In this document: piece after piece, positions 1 to 8,469 of the stretch
Position numbering within the stretch: position 1 is the stretch's first letter
How the letters are laid out: each line of letters starts with the position of its first letter
Source of the DNA: Haplodiscus bocki
Lineage: Eukaryota
Length of the DNA stretch: 64,000 bases
Assembly: GCA_965655095.1 (NCBI GenBank)
Contig: OZ296649.1
Coordinates: forward strand, 150,598,001 to 150,662,000
Direction: 5' to 3'
Program-made: the position numbers and the translations under genes
Notes under the pieces: model-generated
Database searches by the model: none
Told to the model about the DNA's origin: nothing
The model's input: only the letters and a program-made list of their open reading frames with translations

Positions 1-1
1 T

Positions 2-736
2 TCCAGCATGTTTTTCTTGTAATAATAATTTTAATCTGTCACATAATTCATCAGGATCAGATGATAGAAATATTGTTTTTGAAACACCAGAAGCAGAAAC
101 AATTAAACCTGGTGATTTTAATAATTTTATAAGAGTTTTATCTCGAGTAGGTTTTTTACCTGCTGCCTTCATATCAAAATGCATTTCTTTTGCAAAATCG
201 TACATTAATTTTTTATCCGCTAAACTAGCATGATCTACGTTATAGTCTTTATTAGTTATCAATTCCAAAAGATTTCCTGTTAATTCGAATTGTTTATTTG
301 TATCACGAAAAGTTATCATATTACCATATAAAGTAATTGGTATTTTATTCTTCATTAACAAATCGTTTACTCTATTTGAATTATGATCTTTTTCTAATCT
401 GAATTGACTTTTGTTTTCTGGATTGGTTATTTTAGATAAAGGAGACATTAAATATGTTGCTAATATACCTCTATCATTCATTATTTCTAGAAGTTTGTTG
501 TTTATATTCTCTATTGCTTTGTTGTTTGTTATAGAAGATTCTGTTATAGCTTTTGTTAAGTTTTCAGAAGTATTTTCAAGTGATTTAGTAACTGGTTCAA
601 ATACTTTTTTCATATTTTCGTGAAAGTTCTGTTCACCAAGCTTATCTTGCAATCTGACAACTTTTACTTGATCTTGTAACGAAGCTAACTCTTCTAATTT
701 ATTTAATTCTTCTCTATCCTTAATTGGAAACAACAT
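2..736 (-). CDS. Conserved Polinton uncharacterised coiled-coil protein (3' end runs off window; not in ORF track)
   Basis: Manual translation from ATG at 736: MLFPIKDREELNKLEEL...KLGEQNFHENMKKVFEPVTKSLE...SASGVSKTIFLSSDPDELCDRLKLLLQEKHAG. The DP(N/D)EL.DRL.LL....AG motif is typical of a conserved Polinton ORF. Confidence 0.8.
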   Translation of the reverse strand, partial: MLFPIKDREELNKLEELASLQDQVKVVRLQDKLGEQNFHENMKKVFEPVTKSLENTSENLTKAITESSITNNKAIENINNKLLEIMNDRGILATYLMSPLSKITNPENKSQFRLEKDHNSNRVNDLLMKNKIPITLYGNMITFRDTNKQFELTGNLLELITNKDYNVDHASLADKKLMYDFAKEMHFDMKAAGKKPTRDKTLIKLLKSPGLIVSASGVSKTIFLSSDPDELCDRLKLLLQEKHAG

Positions 737-789
737 TTAAAGCACTAAAATTTTTATAATTACACTTATTCAAATACTACTTTGTATGT

Positions 790-1563
790 TTAAAAAGCTT
801 CAGTTTCACAAATACATTCAATATATGTGGTTTTACTTTCATTGAAAATACGATATCTACCCTCATTTTTATTTTTAGTCGTATCAATACAAAGATAGTT
901 ATATTTTCCATCCCAAGCTTTATGACACATTTCTTTGAATTCATCATATTTCATATCATAAGCTCCGATGTCATAATACATACTTTGAACATCTCTCAGT
1001 GTTTGTTTAAATAGTATTAATATATCACTGTTATTTCTAATACTTTGTCTCGGTAAAGCAAAATAGCTCTGACTAATGTAATAAACGTCTATATCTTCAT
1101 GTCTACCTCTAGTAAAAAATTCATCTATTTGAGAACTATTTTTAGCTCCTAACATATTATCAAATATTACAACTGATCCTTTGTATTTGTTTATCGGTTT
1201 AATTTCATTACTTGTTTTATAATTTGGATATTGATTAGGAGATCTGGTTATTATATTGATTGGTCTTTTGTTACCTATTTTTTCAAGTACTTTGAGCATA
1301 TAAAACGTCTTGCCAACGCCGCTTGGTCCAATAACAACATGACGATGATTTTCAAATTTTGAAACAATGTCGTTTTCATTGTTAACGTTATCGATTTTTG
1401 GTTTTTCTGTTTTATTCACAGAGTCATCAAATTTTCTTTTCTTTTCTTTATTATTATATTTTTTTCTATTCATATTATAACAATTCTTGCATATATTTCT
1501 ATCTCTTTTACAATTATCTGCATCTATTTTTATACCGCAAACAGTACATTTTTTAACATCCAT
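790..1563 (-). CDS. A32/FtsK-HerA-type DNA packaging ATPase with N-terminal Cys-rich Zn-ribbon
   Basis: Walker A GPSGVGKT, Walker B VVIFDN, RGRH arginine motif, ISQSYF and IRNNS motifs. N-terminal CTVC...CKNC. Confidence 0.9.
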   Translation of the reverse strand: MDVKKCTVCGIKIDADNCKRDRNICKNCYNMNRKKYNNKEKKRKFDDSVNKTEKPKIDNVNNENDIVSKFENHRHVVIGPSGVGKTFYMLKVLEKIGNKRPINIITRSPNQYPNYKTSNEIKPINKYKGSVVIFDNMLGAKNSSQIDEFFTRGRHEDIDVYYISQSYFALPRQSIRNNSDILILFKQTLRDVQSMYYDIGAYDMKYDEFKEMCHKAWDGKYNYLCIDTTKNKNEGRYRIFNESKTTYIECICETEAF

Positions 1564-1578
1564 TTAATAAAACAGAAG

Positions 1579-1679
1579 AGTTACATAGAAGGTAACAGTT
1601 ACATAGAACGTAACAGTTACATGAAACGTAACAGTTACATAACAGTTAATGTCTAGTTACATGAAAACGTAACTGTTAC
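1579..1679. repeat. Array of ~18-bp GTTAC/GTAAC units upstream of the ATPase gene
   Basis: AGTTACATAGAAGGTAAC AGTTACATAGAACGTAAC AGTTACATGAAACGTAAC AGTTACATAAC ... AGTTACATGAAAACGTAACTGTTAC read directly. Confidence 0.85.
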
Positions 1680-1753
1680 TTTTTTAAGTTCTAGGTTGAA
1701 ATTTTAATTTATTATGACTAAAAAAAAATTTAATTTTATTTTTATATTCATGT

Positions 1754-2287
1754 TTATAAAAAAGATTCATTTTTATTTTCATCAACATATTTAGTAAAAA
1801 TATTACATAGACTTTCGTATTCAGTTTTATCGATTACGTTATCTTGTAAAGATTTTCTGTATAATTTATCAAAAGATTTAATAGTGTTTTGATCTCTTTC
1901 ATATTGTTTCTTATATTTATTGTATTTGTTTATAATTATTTTATGTAATACTTTACTACCTAATGACAGAGTACAAGCAATACCAGCTGATATTGGTAAG
2001 ATAATCAAACCAACACCTGTAACTGATAGAGTTATTGAAGTCGACGTTGCTCCGATGATAACAATACTGTCTACAGATTCTAATATTGTGTTTAGAGTTT
2101 TATATTTTTTATATCTCTTTTTTGATTTATCGTTTCTGTCTTTGAAATATGTAATCATTTCTTTAATGTTATTGATATGGTTATTAAAACTATTTACATC
2201 ATTTTTTTTCTTTTCTAATCGTTTTTCTAAATCAATATTTTCTAGTAATGGAGCACTAGGATACAATTTATCTGTTTTCTGATCCAT
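1754..2287 (-). CDS. Polinton membrane-active protein (GasderminX-like: coiled coil plus Gly/Ser-rich hydrophobic hairpin)
   Basis: 177 aa with N-terminal LYPSAPL, hydrophobic stretch IVIIGATSTSITLSVTGVGLIILPISAGIACTLSLG and C-terminal DNVIDKTEY. Confidence 0.6.
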   Translation of the reverse strand: MDQKTDKLYPSAPLLENIDLEKRLEKKKNDVNSFNNHINNIKEMITYFKDRNDKSKKRYKKYKTLNTILESVDSIVIIGATSTSITLSVTGVGLIILPISAGIACTLSLGSKVLHKIIINKYNKYKKQYERDQNTIKSFDKLYRKSLQDNVIDKTEYESLCNIFTKYVDENKNESFL

Positions 2288-2346
2288 TTATATATAGTAA
2301 AAATTACTCTTATACAAGTATGAACACATATACAAGTATGATACTC

Positions 2347-2760
2347 TTATATAAATTTGCCTAGATAAAGCCCTCGTCCCTCATGGTAAAATTTTATCAC
2401 TTCGGGTAATGTTGATAGAGCTGCTTTAGGATTTCTACTTGCAGCTGCGGTAGCAACGTTAGCACCGATCTCGAGAAATCGACTAGGATTCTTTAATGCA
2501 ATCTTTGCCAATTTTTGAGCAGCTTTAGAAGAGACCTTTCCCAAATTTTAAAAAAAATCACCGAGTCCTTCAGCTTGAATCACGTTATCAGAAACAATCA
2601 TTGTTTTTTTTCTATTACATATAACGCATTTTCCGACTAGTAATTTAACTTCTTTACCAGTTTTTGTATTATTTGTTTTATTACCAACTATGTCTTTTGT
2701 AGCTGATCTATGTCGTCCATCAACACAATATGAATCACTTTTAAATTTTTGAAAGCTCAT
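2347..2760 (-). pseudogene. Single virion core/membrane-lytic-type precursor gene interrupted by an in-frame TAA (joins ORFs 2548..2760 and 2347..2544)
   Basis: GAT TTT TTT TAA AAT TTG GGA keeps frame. Read-through gives ...VIQAEGLGDFF(K)NLGKVSSKAAQKLAK..., an amphipathic helix after a Gly. A homologous relic lies at ~19400-19580. Confidence 0.65.
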
Positions 2761-2848
2761 TTAAACACAAATAAATATAATTACTTGTATAAATACTCAT
2801 ATAAGTGTACATATAAATACTCATATACTTGTATGAAAACGTGTTTTT

Positions 2849-3942
2849 TCAAATTTTAATCATTTGTAGTGTAAAAGTCAATGTTTCTCCATTAAAATTA
2901 ACTTCTTTGTTATTATCATCTTCTAAATAAAAAGTTATAGTATTCAAAACAGATTTATTTACTTTTTTATAATGAATTGTCTCGGGCTCACAAAATACTT
3001 TGTATCCGGGTTTTTTATCTAATGCAAAACTATATAATATTGTTTGTCTAAAACCATCGACTATACTACCATCGATAATATCACACTTCAAGTGTATTTT
3101 ATTTGTACTACCTAAGTTTACAATTTTTGACTAATATACTTATTATAGTGTTTATAATCCCATCCTGGAGTAAAACCGAGAACAGTACTGAAAAATGATT
3201 TCTCATCAAATCTTATAGCTATAATCATAGCTCTCACTTTTAATTTAGTTTTCATGGTAATGTCATCATATTCAATATCAATTGCTTTGTGATGTCCACC
3301 ATATTCTGGAGGAATAATTTTTAAAAGAGCTTCGGAAATATCTTTAAAAGTGTAAATACCTGGTTCTAATTCATAAGTATTGAAATTTGAATTGTATTCA
3401 TCTAAAACCAGTTTAATATCATCTTCAACCAAATCAATTTGTGTTCTGAGAAAACTTTCGAAATCTTGAAATACAGAACTAGTATAAAATGCTAAAATAT
3501 TCATATATTGCTCATCATTCATTCTTTTTGTTACTTGTTCTTCATATTCTTTAATAATAAGCGGACCTATTATATCATCTTGTAAATCTTCTGCTGTAAT
3601 ATCTTCAATATCTAAATCTTTTTCAATTTCTTTTCTAACTTTTTCATAAGTAACACCACCGGCTTTTTCATCTGGAAATTTATAAAGTTCAAATTTGTTA
3701 TTTTCTTCTGTTATATTAAAAATAGAATTGTATACTTCTAAATCTGTTAAACCTATCATCCAATCTCCTTGAATTTGAATTGGTTGTGAGAAATGAAATG
3801 TTTCTCTTGATTTACTCATTTTGAATTCTAATGTTTCTTCTGCTTTTCTATGAGTTTGTTCGATTAACGTTTCACAATTTTTAGTTATTGATAGTAATAA
3901 ATCTTCTGTTTCATTTTTTGGTCTAATCATTTTCAAATTCAT
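2849..3942 (-). pseudogene. Minor capsid (penton) protein paralogue 1, 1-nt frameshift near 3123
   Basis: N-terminal FHFSQPI...WMIGLTDLEVYNSIFNIT.ENNKF and LEPGIY; C-terminal KIHLKCDIIDGSIVDG..ILYSF..PGYK..ITFYLED..VNFNGE. Adding one A to an A5 run joins the two ORFs. Confidence 0.8.
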
Positions 3943-4090
3943 TTAAAAATTATAAAAAATACTCTTATACAAGTATGTATATACAAGTATGTATAGTAAA
4001 TGTAAACACAAACATCATACTCTTATACAAGTATGTATAGTAATTATAAATACACGTATATGAGTACAATTTTGAGTACAATTTTGATTT

Positions 4091-5161
4091 TTAAATTTTA
4101 ATCAATTGACAAGTAAAACTTATCATTTCATTATTAAAATCAACGGGTTTGTGATCGTCATCTTCAAAATAAAATGTTATATGAGACAAAACAGATTTAT
4201 TTATCTTTTTAAAAAGTTTTACTCTTGGTTCTTTGTATATTTTATGTCCTGGAGGCGATGACAAAGCAAAACTGTACAAAATAGGTTCTCGTTTACCGTT
4301 TACGATACTACCTTGTATACAATCACATTTTAAATGAATTTTATCAATTCCAGTAATATTAATAGGTCTATCACTTTTATACGATCCCGCAATCAATTGA
4401 TAAAATCCATCTATATCATCTAGAGGATAAGAACGTGACTGAGTATAACCTAAAATTGTATAAAAGAAAGACTTTTCGGTGAAAAGTAAAGTTTGATTTT
4501 TTTTTAAATTTGATTTTAATCTAATATCATCTATTGTTACATTTACTTTTACGTTATCAGGTAACATATATTTCAAGGTATTTATTAAGTCAACTATTTC
4601 ATAAATACCTGGATTTAAAGAATAACCTGTTCTTTTTGTAGGAATATATTTCAAGTCTAATATATCCATAATTTCATCATAACTTAGTCTCATTCTGTAT
4701 GCTAAATCTTCAAGATTGTTGTATTTAGCATTTTTTAATTCTTCAATTATCTCATTTTTTTGAGTATCAAAGTCTGATAATTTATATTCTTTATCTGCTA
4801 TTTTTATTTTATTTCCTCTTTTTTTGACTTCTTCTACATGTCATTCAAGAGATTTAAGCTCTAATAATTTCTTTAGATCGTTAATAGTTTTTTCATCAGA
4901 TTCGTTTTGGTAATGACCCGGTATAATGATTGAAAAACTATTGTTTTCGTTGGTGATGTTAAAGACAGAATTTGTACACTCGAATGAACTCACAGCTAGT
5001 AACCATTTGTCTTCTTCAACTAAATTAATCGGAGGATTAAACGAAAATGTTCGTCTTTGTTTGTTCATTTTGAATTCGAGTGTTTCTTGAGGTTTTGTCC
5101 TTGTTTGTTCAATCAACGTATCTGTATGCTTTTTAATTAAAAGTAACAGTTCATTATTCAT
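4091..5161 (-). pseudogene. Minor capsid (penton) protein paralogue 2, in-frame TGA at 4841-4843
   Basis: ORFs 4841..5161 and 4091..4693 are in frame, with 49 open codons between them. Same motifs as paralogue 1: ETLEFKM, NSVFNITNENN, LNPGIY, KIHLKCDCIQGSIVNG, VDFNNE. Confidence 0.8.
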
Positions 5162-5331
5162 TTAAGGAGTTTGAATCCTGATGCTGAAATGTTATTAAGA
5201 AACTTTTTATTGTTTTGTGAAATTTTTTTGTTTTGTTTACGAGGAATTGTTTTTGTTTTATTTTCACTCATCTGTTCAGATTTTGGAATATATCGAACAC
5301 TATTTTCAATAACTATTTTTCTCAAAGTCAT
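5158..5331 (-). CDS. Small basic protein, 57 aa (possible virion core protein; not in ORF track)
   Basis: MTLRKIVIENSVRYIPKSEQMSENKTKTIPRKQNKKISQNNKKFLNNISASGFKLLK. TAAATG start; its TGA overlaps the next ATG. Confidence 0.65.
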   Translation of the reverse strand: MTLRKIVIENSVRYIPKSEQMSENKTKTIPRKQNKKISQNNKKFLNNISASGFKLLK

Positions 5332-5337
5332 TTATAT

Positions 5338-5750
5338 TCAAAGAAATCTTTGATAATACAAATTCAAAACGGCAGATGTAAAATCAATTCCTAAAACTTT
5401 TGATAAATAAATTATATATAAACAATAACTAGCGCAAAAACTATCATTTTTTGAATCTGATATTCAGAATATAAACAATATCCATTTCGTTTTATGATAA
5501 ATTTAGACAATTTCTTTGGACAAATGATACCATAACTATCAAAATAATTTTCATATATATAACAAACCCAATGAGTTCCTTTCGATGGATGTAAATTGAC
5601 AATACCTATATCAGATTTAAAAGGTCCGTCTCTTAGATAGATTCCAACATCATTCAAAGATAAGGATGAAAGGACTTGTTGTATTTTTATATTCGAAGTT
5701 GATTTATTTTTTAAATTATGTTTTTTAATAAAATCATTGAACTTCTTCAT
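5338..5750 (-). pseudogene. Adenain/Ulp1-like cysteine maturation protease, 1-nt frameshift at ~5450
   Basis: GIVNL..GTHWV and YFDSYG motifs. Adding one A to the A6 run restores QIQKNDSFCASYCLY with the catalytic Cys and a stop at 5338. Confidence 0.88.
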
Positions 5751-5843
5751 TTAAACACTCATATAGTTGTATGTATGAATATACATATAATTATATGTAT
5801 CAATACCCATATAAGTGTATATATCTGTGTGTTATAAAGGTAA

Positions 5844-6278
5844 TTATTTATTATCTTCTGATAAATCTCCTCTACGTCTTGTAGTAAATAAAAAATCTTC
5901 TAAAACTTTATCAGCATTTTGATAATTATCAAATAATCCTTTATCATATAATAATTGTATCGTCGTTTTTACAGCTCTCTGAATTAAAATATCTTCTACA
6001 GATTGTTTGTCGTATTGTAATTTAAATTCGTTGTAATCTTTTTCCAATTTTGATAAGTGACCATCTATTTTTAACAATTTTGAATCTAGGTAACCTTTGT
6101 TTATAACATCTGAATCATCAACAGGTTGAAAGTTTGTTGTTAGTTTTTCATCTTTTTTATAAGTATCATGTACTTCAAGCTTCAATTGACTAATATTCAA
6201 ATCTTGTAGTTTATCTCTTTTAGAAACAATACCATCAAATTCACTTTCCCAAAGTTTATTATAAGATATATAAGCCAT
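5844..6278 (-). CDS. Uncharacterised Polinton protein with fibre-type DxxNKxYLD motif
   Basis: 144 aa. PVDDSDVINKGYLD resembles the DAxNKxYVD fibre repeat. TAAATG start. Confidence 0.55.
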   Translation of the reverse strand: MAYISYNKLWESEFDGIVSKRDKLQDLNISQLKLEVHDTYKKDEKLTTNFQPVDDSDVINKGYLDSKLLKIDGHLSKLEKDYNEFKLQYDKQSVEDILIQRAVKTTIQLLYDKGLFDNYQNADKVLEDFLFTTRRRGDLSEDNK

Positions 6279-6295
6279 TTAAACAATAATAATTT

Positions 6296-6634
6296 TTATA
6301 TTTTTTTATTCATTTGTTTCTTCATCCTAAACATAATTAAATTAGCTCTTTTTTCATCATTGATATCTTTTAATAGTTTTGCTTTTGATTCTTCCAACCA
6401 TTTTTGATCATAATCACCTATTTGATTTTTCAAAGCATCGTTTTCAACACTTAATTCGAGTATATCATCACCTAAAACGTTGAAGGCTTTTTTGATTGCT
6501 GGCATCATGCTTGTCAACTGTTCTCCTTTTTTGGCTTGTGTTGATAGTGATTGTTGGTTAAAATCTTTTAAATCTTGTATAGTATCTTTTCTAACCGTTT
6601 GATCAGTAGAAATTAATTGCATAGCTAACTCCAT
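6296..6634 (-). CDS. Uncharacterised coiled-coil protein
   Basis: 112-aa ORF, heptad-like LELSVENDALKNQI, TAAATG start, co-oriented with neighbours. Confidence 0.6.
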   Translation of the reverse strand: MELAMQLISTDQTVRKDTIQDLKDFNQQSLSTQAKKGEQLTSMMPAIKKAFNVLGDDILELSVENDALKNQIGDYDQKWLEESKAKLLKDINDEKRANLIMFRMKKQMNKKI

Positions 6635-6650
6635 TTAAAAAACAAATATA

Positions 6651-7082
6651 TTAGTTATTTTTAATAATTTTGTCTAAATAATGTTCGTTAATTTCAATAT
6701 TCTCTTCTTGAACAGATCCAGCTTTTAAAACATTTTTTGATTTTGTTTTTTTATCATTTGAATTTGTCTTGAGGTCATTTGAGGTCAATTGAGGTCTTTT
6801 GAGGTCACCATTATTATCGATTTTGGTCTTTTTTTGTTGTTTTTTAACGTTTTTTGGATTAATTCTGTATGGTGAAAGCATATTTATATCGTTTCTATAT
6901 CTTTGTATAGTAGAAGGAGACATGTTTAATTGAGATGATATCTCTGATTGTGTCATTTTTGGATTTTGATATTTAATATTCATAAAATCGTTCATAAGTT
7001 TTAATTTATAATATTTAGTTAACATATTAGGGTCCATAGTAGAATTTTTATTTATCTCGTTTAAAGAAGGAGTATTAACCAT
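6651..7082 (-). CDS. Helix-turn-helix DNA-binding protein
   Basis: MTQSEISSQLNMSPSTIQRYRNDI fits an HTH pattern; basic C-terminal tail. Confidence 0.72.
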   Translation of the reverse strand: MVNTPSLNEINKNSTMDPNMLTKYYKLKLMNDFMNIKYQNPKMTQSEISSQLNMSPSTIQRYRNDINMLSPYRINPKNVKKQQKKTKIDNNGDLKRPQLTSNDLKTNSNDKKTKSKNVLKAGSVQEENIEINEHYLDKIIKNN

Positions 7083-7233
7083 TTATATATTCTAATAAGA
7101 ATATTATTATAATTATAAACACAAACACTATAAATAAAACTATAATTAAGTATATCCATAAGTTTTTATTTTGCTTCTTTGTGTTATCAACATAATTAAC
7201 ATATTCTTCAAGTAGATTCGTTTTAATGTTCAT
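7075..7233 (-). CDS. Small single-pass membrane protein, 52 aa (not in ORF track)
   Basis: MNIKTNLLEEYVNYVDNTKKQNKNLWIYLIIVLFIVFVFIIIIIFLLEYING. TAAATG start; stop overlaps the start of the HTH gene. Confidence 0.6.
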   Translation of the reverse strand: MNIKTNLLEEYVNYVDNTKKQNKNLWIYLIIVLFIVFVFIIIIIFLLEYING

Positions 7234-7237
7234 TTAA

Positions 7238-7813
7238 ATGAGACATTGTCAGAATTGTAACAGAAATTATTCAGATAATTATTTCAAAAAGCATTGTTAT
7301 ACTGATATCCATTTAAAAAAAGCGTTTGGAGTTAAATATATATACAAAAAAGAAAACATAGTTATTAATGAAATTGATAACACTCTTTCTGACATAATTG
7401 AAGAACATAAACGGAAATTTCATTCTTTTTATTTTGTATGTAAAATTAATGATAAAAAAATCATTGGTTATCCGAAACGTATCTTATTAAAAAACTATGA
7501 TAAAGATGAAATGATAAATATTGAATTTAATTTTCATTCAAACAGAGAAGATATGTCTTTTAATTACTATCTATCACAACCTAAATCTATGTTAGAAACC
7601 ATGTTGATTAAAAATCTTGATAAATATCCAGAAAAATTAAAAATACTTGAATACAGTAAAGCTCCTTATTATGAATATTTAATACTTAAATACTATGGGT
7701 TTGGCGTCATAACCCACGATAATCGTTTAGTCTTTTGTGTTAGAGATAACTGGTTAAATAATATTCCAAGAGAACCTGATAACGGTTTCAAAGAGATTTT
7801 AAGAAATAGATAA
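7238..7813 (+). CDS. Uncharacterised protein with N-terminal C2H2-type zinc finger
   Basis: CQNC-x12-H-x5-H (KKHCYTDIH), 191 aa, TAAATG start. Confidence 0.68.
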   Translation: MRHCQNCNRNYSDNYFKKHCYTDIHLKKAFGVKYIYKKENIVINEIDNTLSDIIEEHKRKFHSFYFVCKINDKKIIGYPKRILLKNYDKDEMINIEFNFHSNREDMSFNYYLSQPKSMLETMLIKNLDKYPEKLKILEYSKAPYYEYLILKYYGFGVITHDNRLVFCVRDNWLNNIPREPDNGFKEILRNR

Positions 7814-7827
7814 TTTTTTCTATATAA

Positions 7828-8382
7828 ATGACAGTTATATATATCACTGAAAATAATTGTGAATGTTATGCAGTAACTTTTGAAAATAAAGGATGGTTTA
7901 AAGTTCAAAACTTTGAAGATGGGTCTCTTGATGAAAATATTATTTACACAGTCAATCCAATGGAAACATTTTTGGGTAAAAGTCGATCTTGTAGTATGAC
8001 AGCTTTGTCAGGAGTTTTTGATAAGGCTTGTTTCGATGGAAATACTATTTTACTTAAAGTAGGTATAGAAAATGGAAAAAATAAATTTTTATATATTGGT
8101 GGTGATATGGTATGTTCTTTTTTGACTAGCGATAACATATATGAATATATCTCGAATATGGGACGTAATTTAAGTCCTTATAGTTTTGCTATAGGTAAAG
8201 AAAATTACTATTTGTTAACTCCGAATTTTAAATATATTAAAAAGGATAAGATTGATTACAATACTATATTGAAAGGAATATACGTTCCTGATTCTGATTT
8301 GAAGGAGTCTTTTGAAGAAATAGAATTGACTAAAATTCATTCGAATTATAATTACGACAACGAAAGCGATGATGACAACTAA
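7828..8382 (+). CDS. Uncharacterised protein resembling an NCLDV hypothetical family
   Basis: FDGNTILL...KFLYIGG..CSF...YISNMGRNLSPYSFAIGKENYYLL. Paralogous to the next ORF. Confidence 0.65.
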   Translation: MTVIYITENNCECYAVTFENKGWFKVQNFEDGSLDENIIYTVNPMETFLGKSRSCSMTALSGVFDKACFDGNTILLKVGIENGKNKFLYIGGDMVCSFLTSDNIYEYISNMGRNLSPYSFAIGKENYYLLTPNFKYIKKDKIDYNTILKGIYVPDSDLKESFEEIELTKIHSNYNYDNESDDDN

Positions 8383-8469
8383 ATTATCACCAATGATGTT
8401 ATAGTACTCTTACACAAATACGTGTAATTGTATTTTGTCGACACATACTGATAAAATTTTGTATAATAA

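Noticed and set aside
411-623. Plus-strand hydrophobic ORF (also 1920..2282, 5171..5353 and minus-strand 7944..8138)
   Set aside because: Antisense shadows of real viral genes; they lack the TAAATG start.
3118-3130. Programmed ribosomal frameshift in the penton or protease genes
   Set aside because: The second penton paralogue is continuous across the equivalent region, and single-A losses occur in unrelated genes. Mutation or sequencing error is simpler.
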